Counted from the first letter of the stretch, positions 49,860-63,596 are shown. The stretch is DNA of 64,000 bases from Octopus sinensis (GCF_006345805.1 NC_043000.1:3906001-3970000); one strand, 5' to 3'. Notes: generated by a model from the letters alone, not told the origin. Numbers and translations: made by a program.

Positions 49860-50319
49860 TCTTGCTGATAAATTAAGATCACAAGGACCTTTTTGTTAGC
49901 TTGGAATGTTAATCAAATAGATAGGTTTTATTTAGAAATTCGTCAGGATTTGCTTAATTCTTCATCCAAAGATGGTGTGGTAAACGGGCAAAAGGCTTCT
50001 TCATTAAATGTGCAAATATAACAGGGCGGAGCATAATTCATTTGCATAATAGAACGAGGATGGAGTTCACTTATTTATTTTAGACATTGTGTGTTTAAGT
50101 CATTATCATTTATAAATCTCAATTTCTATGTAACATTAAATGTTGATCTGAAAACTACATAAAAATGTGTCTTAATTAATGTAAAAATTAGACGTGTTAG
50201 TGACGCTAACTGTACATATTTGTTTTCACATATATCTACGCAAATGTGTTGCATCTGGCTATGTTTGTCTCTGACTCTCTGTGTATATATATGCATGAAT
50301 GTTTGCTTGCGTGTGCCTA

Positions 50320-50622
50320 TGTACATGTATATGTGTATGTATGTATGTATGTATGTATGTATGTATGTATGTATGTATGTATGTATGTATGTATGTGTGC
50401 TTGTATGTATGTGTGTATGTATGCCGTATGTATGTATGTATGTATGTATGTGTGCTTGTATGTATGTATGTATGTATGCCGTATGTATATTTATGTATGT
50501 ATGTGTGCTTGTATGTATGTATGTATGTGTGCTTGTATGTATGTATGTATGCCGTATGTATATGTATGTATGTGTGTGTGCTTGTATGTATGTATGCCGT
50601 ATGTATGTATGTATGTATGTAT
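50320..50622. repeat. Interrupted (TATG)n microsatellite
   Basis: Direct reading, with recurring gtgcttg and gccg interruptions. Confidence 0.95.
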
Positions 50623-50986
50623 ACCTCACTGTGAGTCTGTGTGTGTTTGTATTTGTGCAAGGTTCTGTGTGCGTGTGATATAATGTAATATGACATTCGG
50701 AATGATTTATGGCTTTTTCCAAATAGTGTTCTTGTGGCTTTTTAACATTTTGCTGTTATTGAATCAATATTTCTGAAATATTCTTTGAGTTATTTTGTAA
50801 TATAATTATTTTTACGTAAAGTTAAAACCTTTGGTACATGTAGCACAGTGACAACACACCTGCCACCATGGAGCCTGGCTTGTATTATATATCCATTTTT
50901 AACATTTCACTTGTGTTTTAAAGTTAATGTCTTGTTAGTTTTTATGTTCAGTTTTCAGAAGTACGATACACACAAACACATGTACA

Positions 50987-51049
<63 letters not shown>

Positions 51050-51607
51050 GTGCACACACACACATATATATATATGTGCACACACACACACATATATCAT
51101 CATCATCATCATCATCGTTTATATGTGCACATATATATATATGTGCACACACACACATATCTACACACACACACATACATTTATTTAGAAATGTATATAC
51201 ACATCTATAATACTATTCTCCTACAGTGTATGCACGCAATACTTTCAGAAGTTTTTGTCTTAACTATGGAATGATATTGAAAACATAATCTATTATACAC
51301 TCATTTATATTATTCTTAAGACAATTGAATGAGAAACTAGGGAACAAAACCAAAGAATTAAGGTACGACATCTTATTTGTATGACGATGAAGATTTCAAA
51401 TATAAATTATATGTCACACACACACACACACATGTTTGGGTGCAGGCATGGGTATGTGTTTAAGATATTTACTAGTTTACTTCACAGTGGCAACATTGTT
51501 TTGGGTTCAGTCTCACTATGCAGCACTTTGGGTATATCCCACTAAAACATTGGGCCAACCAAAGTTTGGTTTCTAAATCAGCTTGCATCTAAATCATAAA
51601 ACACTTG

Positions 51608-51836
51608 TATGTGTGTGCAGATATATATATATATGTGTGTGTGTGTTTGTGTGTGTGTATATATATATATGTGTGTGTATATATATATATGTGTGTGTGT
51701 GTGTATATATATATGTGTGTGTGTGTGTATATATATATGTGTGTGGTGTATATATATATTATATATGTGTGTGTATATATATATACGTATGTATATGTAT
51801 GTATATATATATGTGTATATATATATATATACATAT
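51608..51836. repeat. Compound (TA)n/(TG)n microsatellite; similar tracts at 841-868, 22525-22600, 24825-24872, 39462-39640, 39786-39836, 50968-51180, 58702-58790
   Basis: Direct reading. Confidence 0.95.
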
Positions 51837-52521
51837 GAAAGGCGGCGAGCTGGCAGAAACGTTAGCACGCCGGGCGAAATGTGTAGCCGTATTTCGTTTG
51901 CCGCTACGTTCTAAGTTCAAATTCCGCCGAGGTCGACTTTGCCTTTCATCCTTTCGGGATCGACTTAATCTGTTTGTCTGTCCTTGTTTGTCCCCCTGTG
52001 GGTAGTAAAGAAATATATATGTATGTATGTATGTGTGTGTGTGTATGTGTGTGTGTGTGCATTAATAGTAAACAAATTTCACTGTCACTCTGAGAAAAAC
52101 ATCTCCAACTATTGCATTATTTCAGCTTGAAAGGACTTGCTTGGAAGCAAATGAAGTAACATGATCACATTATGATTCGCAGTGTCATCATTGCTAAGTC
52201 AGGTGATGCTGATGAAATAGCGATATAGTCATGATGAAGCAAAGGACTTCTGAATCATTTCGTATATCTGCATGCAGACATGCTTTCATATAAGTACGTA
52301 CAGACCCATCAACCTACCCTGTTGTGGATATTGAAGGAGCCTTGGATCTAGGTTAGAAACCAGCTCTTTCTCTATTGGCAAGAAATCTTGAAACAAAGCT
52401 GAATAGTGGCAGACTTACATAGATCATATACACACACATATGTATGTATGTATGTACGTAGGTGTGTGTATTTGTGTAATGTATACGCACACAAATACAA
52501 ATATATGTATAGCTTGAGATA

Positions 52522-52920
52522 TCTTTATATATAAAAGTGAAGTTGTGTGTCTGTTTCCTACGATTTAGATTCCTAACTACTCCCACATTTTGCGGTGCAG
52601 TTTAACCAAAACCGGGTATCTTATAGTCGTGATTCATATCGAGCCCTTCTGGGTATTAGTGCGCGTCTACGATGAGTCTACGATTTAAAAAAAAATTTAC
52701 CATCATTTTTTTCCATTTTAATGCATTTTTTTGCTATTACAAAAAGGGAAGTAACTCTCTAAAAATGTCTACGATGAGTCAACGATTTAAAAAAAAATTT
52801 ACCATAATTTTTTTTCCATTTTCAATACATTGTTTTGCTATTTTTTGGCTATAACTCTCTAAAGATGCTTATATAGTTATTTCCCTTACAAACCCGAGCA
52901 ACGCTGGGCGATACTGCTAG
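52522..52920 (+). mobile_element. Non-autonomous Helitron
   Basis: Close match to 20029-20427 along its length. Confidence 0.88.
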
Positions 52921-53020
52921 TGTAGATATATAAGGATGATTGTGTATTCTATAATATAATATAGTGATACTTGTATCTTATAATATTGTACAGTTTAATG
53001 TATTGTTTTTGATAAGAAAG

Positions 53021-53101
53021 TACATTTTCATTTCTCTTCTCTTTTCAGGTAAGTGATTTTAATTTTCTCCATTTAAAGTTCCCAAGAATGTCTAGGTAAG
53101 G
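53021..53101 (+). promoter_or_regulatory. Candidate recursive splice site (3'ss fused to 5'ss, AG|GTAAGT at 53048/53049) with a 47-nt RS-exon ending at a second donor (TAG|gtaagg at 53095/53096)
   Basis: cattttcatttctcttctcttttcag|gtaagt: long polypyrimidine tract, CAG, then a consensus donor, on the same strand as the exon and inside its very long downstream intron. Confidence 0.55.
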
Positions 53102-53459
53102 TCTTCACCTATATCTCTGTTTTATTTCTGCATGTTATATCCAGCTCTTTGAACATAACATCATTAATAGCCTGTGTTTGATGGTGGTCTTTCTTTAATG
53201 ACTGCTGTCCTTTTAACCCTCCTGCTTTACTACTTCTACTGGTTCCTTTCCCCTGGATTACTTGTCATTTCTTTATCTGATTATCATCCTTGATATGCAT
53301 CTCATGTCTGTACCAGTACATTCTTCTCTTTTGTTCACTACTTCTGATTCCCGTTGTGCCCAGTATTTCTCTTGTCTCATTTATGCTCTGTCTTTATCCG
53401 GCTGAGCATGATCTCATCCGGCTGAGCATGATCTCCTCATATCTTTCCAGCCCTTTCAT

Positions 53460-53719
53460 ATCACTTACTTCTACTTGTGATGGCGTTCAACCAGGGCGGG
53501 TTGAGCCGGCTTCTTCTCTGGTCCTCACAGCATCACGAACCATGGCGACCCACGCTCGACGGTCCCGTGCAAGGTCACTGGAGATAGTGAGCCCTTTGTG
53601 GTTCCATCTGCGCAGACCGACTACCTGCGGACCTGAGAGATCGGAGAGGTCCTCCTTTATCGTCGTTGCCCAGGTCTTCAGCTGTCCACCCGTGCGTTTG
53701 CGCCAGCTGGGAAGTGGAT
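53460..53719 (-). mobile_element. RTE-clade LINE 3' end
   Basis: WRKRTGGQLKTWATTIKEDL...DLARDRRAWVAMVRDAV...AGSTRPG* followed by a short caagtagaagtaagt tail; CpG-rich, so apparently young. Confidence 0.75.
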
Positions 53720-53947
53720 TTAACCCTTTAGCATTTAAACTGGCCATATCTGGCTCAAATATACTACCTGTTTTATGTTCAGACAAATTAAACCTGGCCT
53801 TTCACACCTACCCTTCAATGTTATTCCAAAAATATATAATCCAATCTTTGAAAACTTGAAGCAATGAGATAATGCTGGATTAATTCAAAATGATGTGGAT
53901 AAATAAGCATTATATTTGGCAAAGTAATCTGAATGCCAAAGAGTTAA

Positions 53948-54150
53948 TACCCATGTTTTTCTACTGTACAGCATCACACTTTGTACACATACAATTTTTG
54001 CATCATGCCAGAGGGTGAATTCCTTTGTTGTCAACAGGAATAATTGCTCCTTGAACTTTTTCTGCCCCATTCTTATTTTAGCTACTATGCACACTCACCT
54101 TCACTGCTAATCCAGACATCTTGGTAACCCATGTTATCAACTACTTTCAG
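53948..54150 (-). mobile_element. Decayed RTE-clade LINE fragment (same family as 18205-18960)
   Basis: IVAKIRMGQKKFKEQLFLLTTK...CVQSVMLYSRKTW. Confidence 0.6.
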
Positions 54151-54405
54151 GGAACCCTCCAGCTACAAAAACTTAGTTACAAATCATAGAAGATACACTA
54201 ATCATTATCCAGCTCAGCCTGCAAGTAATCTGCCTCAACTTATATCGTATCATCTTAAAAGGGGGAAGCAGATATGTGTATCAAGTATCATGTAGTCCTG
54301 GATAGTTAAATAACAAAATGGTGAAGACAGAGGACTTCTTACAATGTAAAATGGGAAAAGTTTGATAATCTTTGAAGATGCAACTGAAACCAGCTGCCTT
54401 ATGAT

Positions 54406-54470
54406 AAGACCTTATGATAAGAAAGTATTGCTGCCTTCAAGGCAGCAATACTTTCTTATCATAAGGTCTT
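54406..54470. repeat. Perfect palindrome, 32-bp arms with a 1-nt centre
   Basis: aagaccttatgataagaaagtattgctgcctt-c-aaggcagcaatactttcttatcataaggtctt. Confidence 0.95.
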
Positions 54471-55526
54471 TAGAAGGACCAACAAGTTAAAAAAAAACCC
54501 AAAAAGCTAAGGGATGTATTGGAGCTGATTTACATTGAATATGGAATTTTAACAAAAGCAAGTAGACAATGAAATACAATATTTGCTATGATACGATTCC
54601 TATAAAAAGGAACTGCTACAGACATACAGTTTTATATATAATGTATATAGGCATAGGAGTGGCACCTTGGGCAAGTGTCTTCTATAGCCTCGGGCTGACC
54701 AAAGCCTTGTGAGTGGATTTGGTAGGCGGAAACTGAAAGAAGCCCATCATATACACGTATATATATATATGTTTGTGAGCCTGTGTTTGTCCCCCCAACA
54801 TCACTTGACAACCGATGCTGGTATATTTATGTCCCCATAACTTAGCAATTCAGCAAAATGAGACCGATAAAATAAGAACTAGGCTTACAAAGAATAAGTC
54901 CTGGGATCGATTTGCTTGACTAAAGGCGGTGCTCCAGCATGGCCACAGTCACATGACAAACAAATAAAAGAGTATATATACATGTATATGTGTGAACATA
55001 TATATATATGCACATATATGTGCATGTGTGTGGCCCTTTAAGTTAATACCTCTAAAAAAGCACTCTGTGCACTCTGTAGATTGGTTGACATTAGGAATGG
55101 CATGTAGTCATAGAAATCATGCTGAGACATTGGGGCACAACATGTGTCTCCGATGCACAAAGGCCTGTCGCCTGAAGTAAACAGTCAGGACATGTTAGTC
55201 TATCCAGTACTGGCTATGTTGATCGTATTGTTCCCTTTTGTGTTTGAACTATATAAAATTATTAAACTTTTTCAATTTCTTATTGTAAAAAGCTCTCTGA
55301 CTTCACTGATTTTATTTTACTGTATCACAATGTTTCAAGCAAGCTCAATGTTTCAAGCAAGCTACAGCATGCTTCAAACCCTGGATAGGTTATACCTTAA
55401 ACATGATCATGGTTTGAACTTCTTTTGGTTATATATTTGATTGAATGAGACTGGCCTGGAGCTAAACAATGCCAAAAGACAAACGAAAAAACATAAAAAC
55501 AACCCCACTTCCCAGATTAACATGAG

Positions 55527-55755
55527 TTAACCCTTTTATTACCAACCCGGCTGAAACCGGCTCTGGCTCTGAGTACAAATGTCTTGTTTTCAATAGTTTT
55601 CAATTAAAATCTTCCACCAAACCTTAGTCACAATTTATGTTCCTAACACTAGCTTAAAGATAACTCAGTTATTTTACTAAATTCTTTGTTATATTTAAAC
55701 TTAATTGAAAGAAACACAGAGCATCTCAAAATAAATACAGTAACAAAAGGGTTAA
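55527..55755 (+). mobile_element. piggyBac-type MITE, family A
   Basis: TTAA TSDs; close match to 22-250. Confidence 0.85.
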
Positions 55756-57334
55756 CTAAGTTTGCAACCTGCTTCTTTTTACTTTGGTCTTCCTTCTTTT
55801 ACAAGTTGGTTTACTCCTTGTGCACCATTATGGTACAGGTTTTTTTTTTGAAACCTTCCCCATTTTGTTCATTGCTGTTACCTACGGGACACCTCATATC
55901 ATGACCTTACCGTGTCATATGTAATGATATTTTCTGGAATATATTTAATTTACCTTTATGATTGCGTCATGGAAACACTTGAATTTGAAATGTAAAATGT
56001 GATTCTCTTATCAGGTTATTGCTATATCATTTCATTCTTTTCTTCCAATATAAAACAGATTATGATTTTCTTATCAAGAGTAAATCTATACTTTGATATC
56101 ATTCCTGTTTGTTTAAATTAATATCAGCTTTTATCACTTAAAGTCAGTTACAAATTCTTGTTTTACTGAAATTCTCCCATTAATCTGTCCCTTTCTTTTA
56201 TTTTTAATATCTTCTATTAGTTTTCTTTGATATTAGCTTCTGTATTCTACAGGCCTGTTAGTCTGAAATATTTGATCAGTTCTGTTTATCTTCGACACTT
56301 CTAACCATTTCAAACACAAACGACTCTATTTCAATTTTACCGAACAACATTTGTTTATTACTAAATTTTTTTTCATCTTAAATTTTATTTATTTACTTTT
56401 TTTATTTAAGAAATCTAATCATATTGTCATTTCGGTTATTTGGGAAATTATTGTTGAAAGCCATTTTTGTTTAGATTTCTCCAGTTTCTTCCAGAACCAT
56501 CCTGATTGTGTGTGTGTGTGTACAGTGTGTGGTGCCTACTGAGAAATATCGATCAAAGTTAGGTTCTCTGCCAACTGATCCATCGTTAACCTATGGAAGA
56601 GTAATTGTGGTGTTTGTGTGTGTGTGTGTGTGTGTGTAGAAAGAGAGAGAGATAGTAAGGGAGAGAGAAAGTTTAGATTTGGTTTACTGAGGATATGAAG
56701 ATATTGCAATTGATGTATTCAGGCCTTATATTGATCTATTCTCCAGATTAAACACAGACCATTTAAATCATGTTCTTTGATGATAGTTTTGATTTTAATA
56801 AATTTAATTTCTTGAATATTTTGATGATGGTGTTGATGATAACGTTGGTGACTGTGGTGTATATTGGTTTTAGCTTTTTTAATTAATTTGAAGGAAGAAA
56901 ATGGGCAGTGCCAAGGAAGCTTGGCTCATAGATCCCCCGACACCCATCACCCCAAAGAAAATGTTTGTTAAGTCACCTCTTGCCAAAACTGCATCATCTG
57001 TCTAGAGCCCATATTTACAGATTCTTTCTAATCACTAAACTACATTAATCTTATCTGAAATTTTGCTTAGATTAAACCCTTTTGCTCCCTTTGGATAATA
57101 GACTATTTACTCTTTTACTTGTTTCAGTCATTTGACTGCGGCCATGCTGGAGCACCGCCTTTAGTCGAGGAAGTCGACCCCAGGACTTATTCTTTGTAAG
57201 CCTAGTACTTATTCTATCGGTCCCTTTTGCCGAACCGCTAAGTTACAGGGATGTAAACACACCAGCATCAGTTGTCAAGCGATGTTGGGGGACAAATACA
57301 GACACACAAACATATACACACACATACATATATA

Positions 57335-57374
<40 letters not shown>

Positions 57375-58698
57375 GACGGGCTTTGAGTTTCCGTCTACCA
57401 AATCCACTCACAAGGCTTTGGTCAGCCCGAGGCTATAGTAGAAGACACTTGCCCAAGGTGCCACGCAGTGGGACTGAACCCAGAACCATGTGGTTGGTAA
57501 GTAAGCTACTTACCACACAGCCACTCCTACACCTAACTTTTCTCAACTGTTTCCAACTTGGGGCTGCCTTTTCTATTTCTCTCTAGTTGGATCCCTGTTT
57601 TTCTTTTGGATTTTGCTGCACCATAACATATGTTTCCCAGAGGGAAGGTCTTCCTTTCTCAGGTCTTGTTGGTATTGAATTGGCTTCAATGTACCTGTAA
57701 CATTGCTTTTTACCGAAATAGGGGTATTAGTCCTATGCAAATCCATTTTTTTACTTCTGGGTAGAGGTGGTTCTTTGACTTGTCCTGTATAGAAAGCCCA
57801 ACCAGGAACTTGCTCTCCTCTGGCATAGCTCTCAGAGTCATTGAGGCCTATAAGCTACTGCATCACAAAAAAGGACTGCATCTTCTGGTGGAAACTGAAC
57901 TATATTTACCCTAAATAATCCAATTATTTACATCCCACATTGTCTTCCTGCACCATTCTAATTCTAAAAATTCTAATTCTAAAAATAAGAAAAAATACTG
58001 CCATTTTATATTTTACTGTTGTAGTCTTATATCTTAGTACTTAGTACTTAGTAAAACCTCAATGACATATAAGTCATCCTTGAATATTGTGTTTAACCTT
58101 TCATCAGAAATCTATTACTGGTGCTTATTTTTAAATGTCTCTCCTGGTATAAAAGGGTAAGATTATCTCTTTGTTGTATTTTAACACTTTTACTTATTAC
58201 ATAGTTCAAGAAAAATGGGCCGTACCCACAACTGTTGCCTCTCTCTCTCTCTCTCCAGAATGAAAAATAGTTTACATTCTCTGATTTCATTATTTGTAAG
58301 CTGGTTCAGTTATTCCAATGTGTTCAAACACTAATCCATCATTTGCTCTGTATTGAAGCTATTGTTCTGTATCAATTATATAGTAAATATTAATTTTTGA
58401 TCTCATCACATCATATCACATAAAAAAAAAAATGAATAAAGGATGTTATTGTCATATTGTTGTTTTTGTTGTTGATAGCAGTAGTCGTGGTAGTCATAAT
58501 GCTGCTTCTTTTATGAGCTAATTATATATCTATATAGTTATAGAGTTACTCATTAATTCCGTGAAGCAACCCTACCAGGAATTGTTGCAATGATCGCCTT
58601 CATTATTGCTATAAATACTATAATCGCTTGACTTTAGATATTTAGTAATTTGAAATTTTAAAGCCAAACATATTTTCAGCTTTTTCAACTTAGGCTTC

Positions 58699-58752
<54 letters not shown>

Positions 58753-59845
58753 TGTGTGTGTGTGTGTGTGTGTGTACACACACACACATATTTGTTTTTA
58801 TATTCAGTTATAAGGATTTTATAATAAAAGCAATTTTACATGAATGATGTAGAGTACAAAGTTATTATTCTTATACAAGAATGTTGTTGATAGTGACTTT
58901 GAAGTTTTGGCCAATTAAACAAAACACACACACACACACTGGGGCAGGGGTGGGTTATTAATTCTTTCAGTAACTTTTAAGTGAAAATCATTCCATTGTG
59001 TGATGTGGATGTAGTTCAACTTGTTTAAATCTCATTTTATATCATGGAAAAAATTAGGTTCTTTCTATCCTAAGGTCAGATACTGATGGTTTTTATTTCT
59101 GTGTGTTTCTCTCCAAATACTACACCGAACTATTGTTTCTGAATTCTGTCTAAGAAATTCAATATTTTCCAATTAGCGTATTAAATAAGTACCTACATTC
59201 AGTTGTAATTTCCTCTTGCTATCTGAGTTGGAAATTGGCATTTGTGAATGACTGCAACAAACGCAGAAGACTTTTATTGTAGATTCAGTCTTTATTGCAC
59301 TAAAAATCTCTGACATTTAACGAGTATATTTTTTGTTTGTTTGTTTGTTTTTGTTTATGTTTAGCTCAGTTGTTCATCGGAGTAATTCATCGACAATTAG
59401 AAGCAGGAAAATTAGTAAAATGTTGTAGGATATATATATACATATACATATACACACACATTTATTTGTGTGTGTTTGCGTATAGACACACACATACACA
59501 TGTATATGTAATGGCAGCCTATGTGTGTGATAGTTTATGGCCCTGGTTTACTGTTTAGATGATGTTTTTATCATTGCCCAAACATCATTTATTATTAATG
59601 TGTTCCTATATTTTCTATTACATCAGACAAATACCAAGTTCTTTCTAATCCAGTCTTTCATCTCATTATCTTCAATCATTTACATGACTGTTAAATTATC
59701 ATTTTTATTTGTTTAGCTATATATTTATTTAGCTATATATTTATTTATTTAATATAACTTATCCAACCCGCAGTCTTTTGACTGCGGTTTGGATATGTTT
59801 GTGTTGAGATCTGGCAACAGATAAATAATATTTCAAAGAATCATT

Positions 59846-60073
59846 GGCGAACTGGCAGAAACGTTAGCACGCCGGGCGAAATGCGTAGCCGTATTTCGTC
59901 TGTCGATCCGTTCCGAGTTCAAATTCCGCTGAGGTCGACTTTGCCTTTCATCCTTTCGGGGTCGATAAATTAAGTACCAGTTATGCACTGGGGTCGATGT
60001 AATCGACTTAATCCCTTTGTCTGTCCCTGTTTGTCCCCTCTGTGTTTAGCCCCTTGTGGGTAGTAAAGAAATA
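59846..60073 (+). mobile_element. tRNA-derived SINE with Meta/Sauria-like central domain, reference copy; others at about 4253-4450, 11981-12197, 23275-23445, 30119-30349(-), 36033-36235(-), 38447-38657(-), 46455-46627(-), 51840-52015, 61138-61345
   Basis: ggcgaactggcagaaacgttagcacgccgggcgaa...gagttcaaattcc...gcctttcatcctttcggggtcgataaattaagtaccag; TSD aatatttcaaag here and taataaagtatat at 38447-38657. Confidence 0.88.
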
Positions 60074-60548
60074 AATATTTCAAAGGTAGACCCTTCTTCA
60101 GAGTAATAATACTTCTACTGAGATGACAAACCAATGACATTTACACAGTTTGATCTCTAAATCTCTTGTACTTTCAATAATCTCTGATATTTTCCTACAC
60201 TGACACCTTGTTTTTCTTTGTTTTGTTTTCTTTTTTTTTTAATCAGTACTATAAAAGTATAAAGTAACAAAAAAGTTTTTCGTTTCCTTTTTTTTTCCCC
60301 CACTATCTATCAACACCCTTTCACCTGCATCTATTAGATCATTATTTATCATGTGATTTTGCTTCAACTGTGTTTTTCTCTTCTTTACCTGTCTACCTAT
60401 TTTGACAAAGGACCAATTGCCCAAAATGTTATTATCTCATCTTTTCCTTCAGAACATGATTTGCACTATTGCTTATTCATTCTTCATATTTTATTTATTT
60501 ATCTATTTATTTATTTATTTATTATTATTATTATTATAATTATAACTC

Positions 60549-60897
60549 CATCCGATCGTGGCCATTCGCCAGCCTCGTCTGGCACCTGTGTCGGTGGCAC
60601 ATAAAAACACCATCCGAGCGTGGCCGTCTGCCAGCCTTGTCTGGCACCTGTGTTGGTGGCACATAAAAACACCATCCGAGCGTGGCCGTTCGCCAGCCTC
60701 GCCTAGCACCTGTGTTGGTGGCACATAAAATCACCCACTACACTCTCGGAGTGGTTGGCGTTAGGAAGGGCATCCAGCCGTAGAAACACTGCCAGATCTG
60801 ACTGGCCTGGTGCAGCCTTCGAGCTTGCCAGACCCCAGTTGAACCGTCCAACCCATGCTAGCATGGAAAGCGGACGTTAAACGATGATGATGATGAT
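60549..60897 (+). mobile_element. Retroposon with RTE-like 3' end, (GAT)n tail and internal tandem repeats; minus copies at about 12863-13137, 14158-14576, 24172-24370, 39642-39777, 45197-45838
   Basis: ggaagggcatccagccgtagaaa...ccaacccatgctagcatggaaagcggacgttaaacgatgatgatg shared by all copies; 62-bp x3 internal repeat here. Confidence 0.75.
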
Positions 60898-61355
60898 TGT
60901 TAAGGTAGTGAACTGTTAGAATCATTAGCGCATTGAGCAAAATGCCTTGTGGTATTTCTTCCAAATCATTACATTCTAAGTTTGGGTGCCACTTGAGTCA
61001 ACTTTGCTTTTCGTCCCTCCAATCACATATATACCAGTCACATTTTGGGGTTGATGTAACTGACTTTCTCATTCCTTCAAAATTGCTGACCTGGAGCAAA
61101 GTTGGATAGAATCATCATCATCATCATCATTGTTATTAAGGTGGCAAGCTGGCAGAACCGTTTGCATGCCGGGTAAAATGCTTAGCATTTCCTGTCTTTA
61201 CATTCTGTGTTCAGATTCTGCCAAGGTCGACTTTGCCTCTCATCCTGTTGGGGGTCGATAAAACAAGTACCAATTGAGTTCTGGGGTTGATGTGATCAAC
61301 TCTACTTATACCAAATTGTTGGCTTTGTGCCAAAGTTTGAAACCATTATTATTAA

Positions 61356-61389
<34 letters not shown>

Positions 61390-62301
61390 GGGTGAGAGAG
61401 CAGTGCATGTCATCAAAGTGACACTGGAATAAAATACACGAAACCCAGTATACCCATCATAATTACCTGTCTGATAAGGGTACACTAGGCACATGCATCA
61501 CAACCATGTGTGTATGACTTGGGGATGTCATATCAAGATAAACAGCACATGACATTATCTTGCAGATGTTAGGGTGTACATTGAGAGAGATTTTGTTGCT
61601 ATTTCTAGTAAGCTCAAGCTACTGCATGGAGGCTTTTGGTTTGATATGTGATATGAGTGGTCAGTGAGCACTGGATGAAAAAATGTTTTGCACTGATAGT
61701 GGAAGGTAGATTGTCACAGATGAAGTTATGGAAAGAAGTGTCAGGAGATTGAGCTTCTCAGACAAAATATTGTTATCTACCGACAGGCCAGCTTCAGTTG
61801 CAGAGATCTGTGGCCTGCAAGTAGTTGATTAAATTGATCTATTGTTCCAAATATATTCAGTTCAGCCCTGATCCAGCAAGCCTATGATCAAAAATGTTAC
61901 TGCTGTGACTGTCCCAACATTTAGCTAGATGTAGTGGTTCATAAACTACTTGTCCTACTTTTGCGAGGATGTTTGATACAGCTTGACTGATTAATTCAGA
62001 TTATTCTGTCAGATGTAATAATTATTTATTCACATTTTTTAATTAATCATGAATTGTTACATGGCTTTGATATATTGATGATGTGATTGTTTATTTCTTG
62101 AATGACATTTTAGAGTAGGTGTGAAAGACTGGATCTGGCCAGTTTCAACATAAAACAGGTAGAATCTTTGGGCCTGATACAGCCAGTTCAGATGCTAAAG
62201 GGTTAAGGGAAATTTGGTTGTTATTTCTTGCACAGTAGGTAACCATGCAGCTTATTGGAGTCTTGAGCATGCTAAATCTAGATTTCTGAAAGAAGTCTAT
62301 A

Positions 62302-63596
62302 TTTTATATAAAGCATTTTTATTGATTATAATATTATTATGGGAATAAATTTTGGTAAAAATGATATAGTCCAGCTATGCCTATTATTCAGCATGCTAAT
62401 TATCAAATTACATATATTAATATATTTAATCCCAATAATAAGTATCTGGAGTTAAAATAAATTCTTATGGGGGATTAAGTATGTATTTTGATATAACTTA
62501 CACAAATTCAGATAAGCTTATAAATATAGCTAATTAGCTAATACATGTAGCTAATAAGACAATAAATCAGAAAGAAAGATGGGGTCCCTATTTTAAGTCC
62601 AGATTGAAAAGCTTGAATCTAGCCCTGCTACTTAATGAAACTCTCATTAGTTCTACTTTTACAACTAGTAGACTGATTCAACAGAAGATAAGTATTTGAC
62701 CATTGACAAAGTGTAGCCCTGGTGATAAGATTAGAACATTTGATGTGTCAGGCATCAATTTAACTCTTTGGCATTGCCATTACTCTGTCAAATGTAATGC
62801 TTATTTATTCACATTGTCTCCTAGCTTTGAGATTTCAATAATGTGATTGTTATTTTCAGAATAACATAAGCGCAGGAGTGGCTGTGTGGTAAATAACTTG
62901 CTTACCAACCACATGGTTCCGGGTTCAGTCCCACTGCGTGGCATCTTGGGCAAGTGTCTTCTACTATAGTCTCGGGCCAACCAAAGCCTTGTGAGTGGAT
63001 TTGGTAGACGGAAACTGAAAGAAGCCCGTCGTATATATGTATGTATGTATGTATATATATATGTTTGTGTGTCTGTGTTTGTCCCCCTAGCATTGCTTGA
63101 CAACCGATGCTGGTGTGTTTACGTCGCCGTCACTTAGCGGTTCGGCAAAAGAGACCAATAGAATAGGTACTGGGCTTACAAAGAATAAGTCCTGGAGTCG
63201 ATTTGCTCGACTAAAGGCGGTGCTCCAGCATGGCCGCAGTCAAACGACTGAAACAAGTAAAAGAGAGTAAAGAGTAAAGTGTAGGTGTGAGAGGTCAGAT
63301 GTAGCCAGTTTGAATTTAATCAGGTAGAATATTTGGGTCTGATATGGTTAATTTAAATGCTAAAGAGAAAACATGCATTTTGTGACTTGCAGATCTGACA
63401 CATTTTATAATTCTTTTCGGAGACAACAGATGAAATTTATTTTAGCTCCAGATACTTATTATTTGGGATTAAATATATTAATATATGTAATTTGATAATT
63501 AGCATGCTAAATAATAGGCATAACTGGACTATATCATTTTTACCAAAATTTATTCCCAAAATAATATTATACTCAATAAAAATGTTTTATATAAAT
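62302..63596. repeat. Inverted duplication of about 165 bp of otherwise unique AT-rich sequence
   Basis: 62302-62464 is the reverse complement of 63434-63596. Confidence 0.9.

Noticed and set aside
50126-52005. Long ORFs of 100-198 aa
   Set aside because: Translations of (TATG)n, (TA)n and (TG)n tracts that lack stop codons.
60071-60110. Canonical hammerhead core on the minus strand (CTGAAGA...GAAA)
   Set aside because: Stem II is mostly G-U pairs and no stem I can form, either with or without the adjacent SINE.
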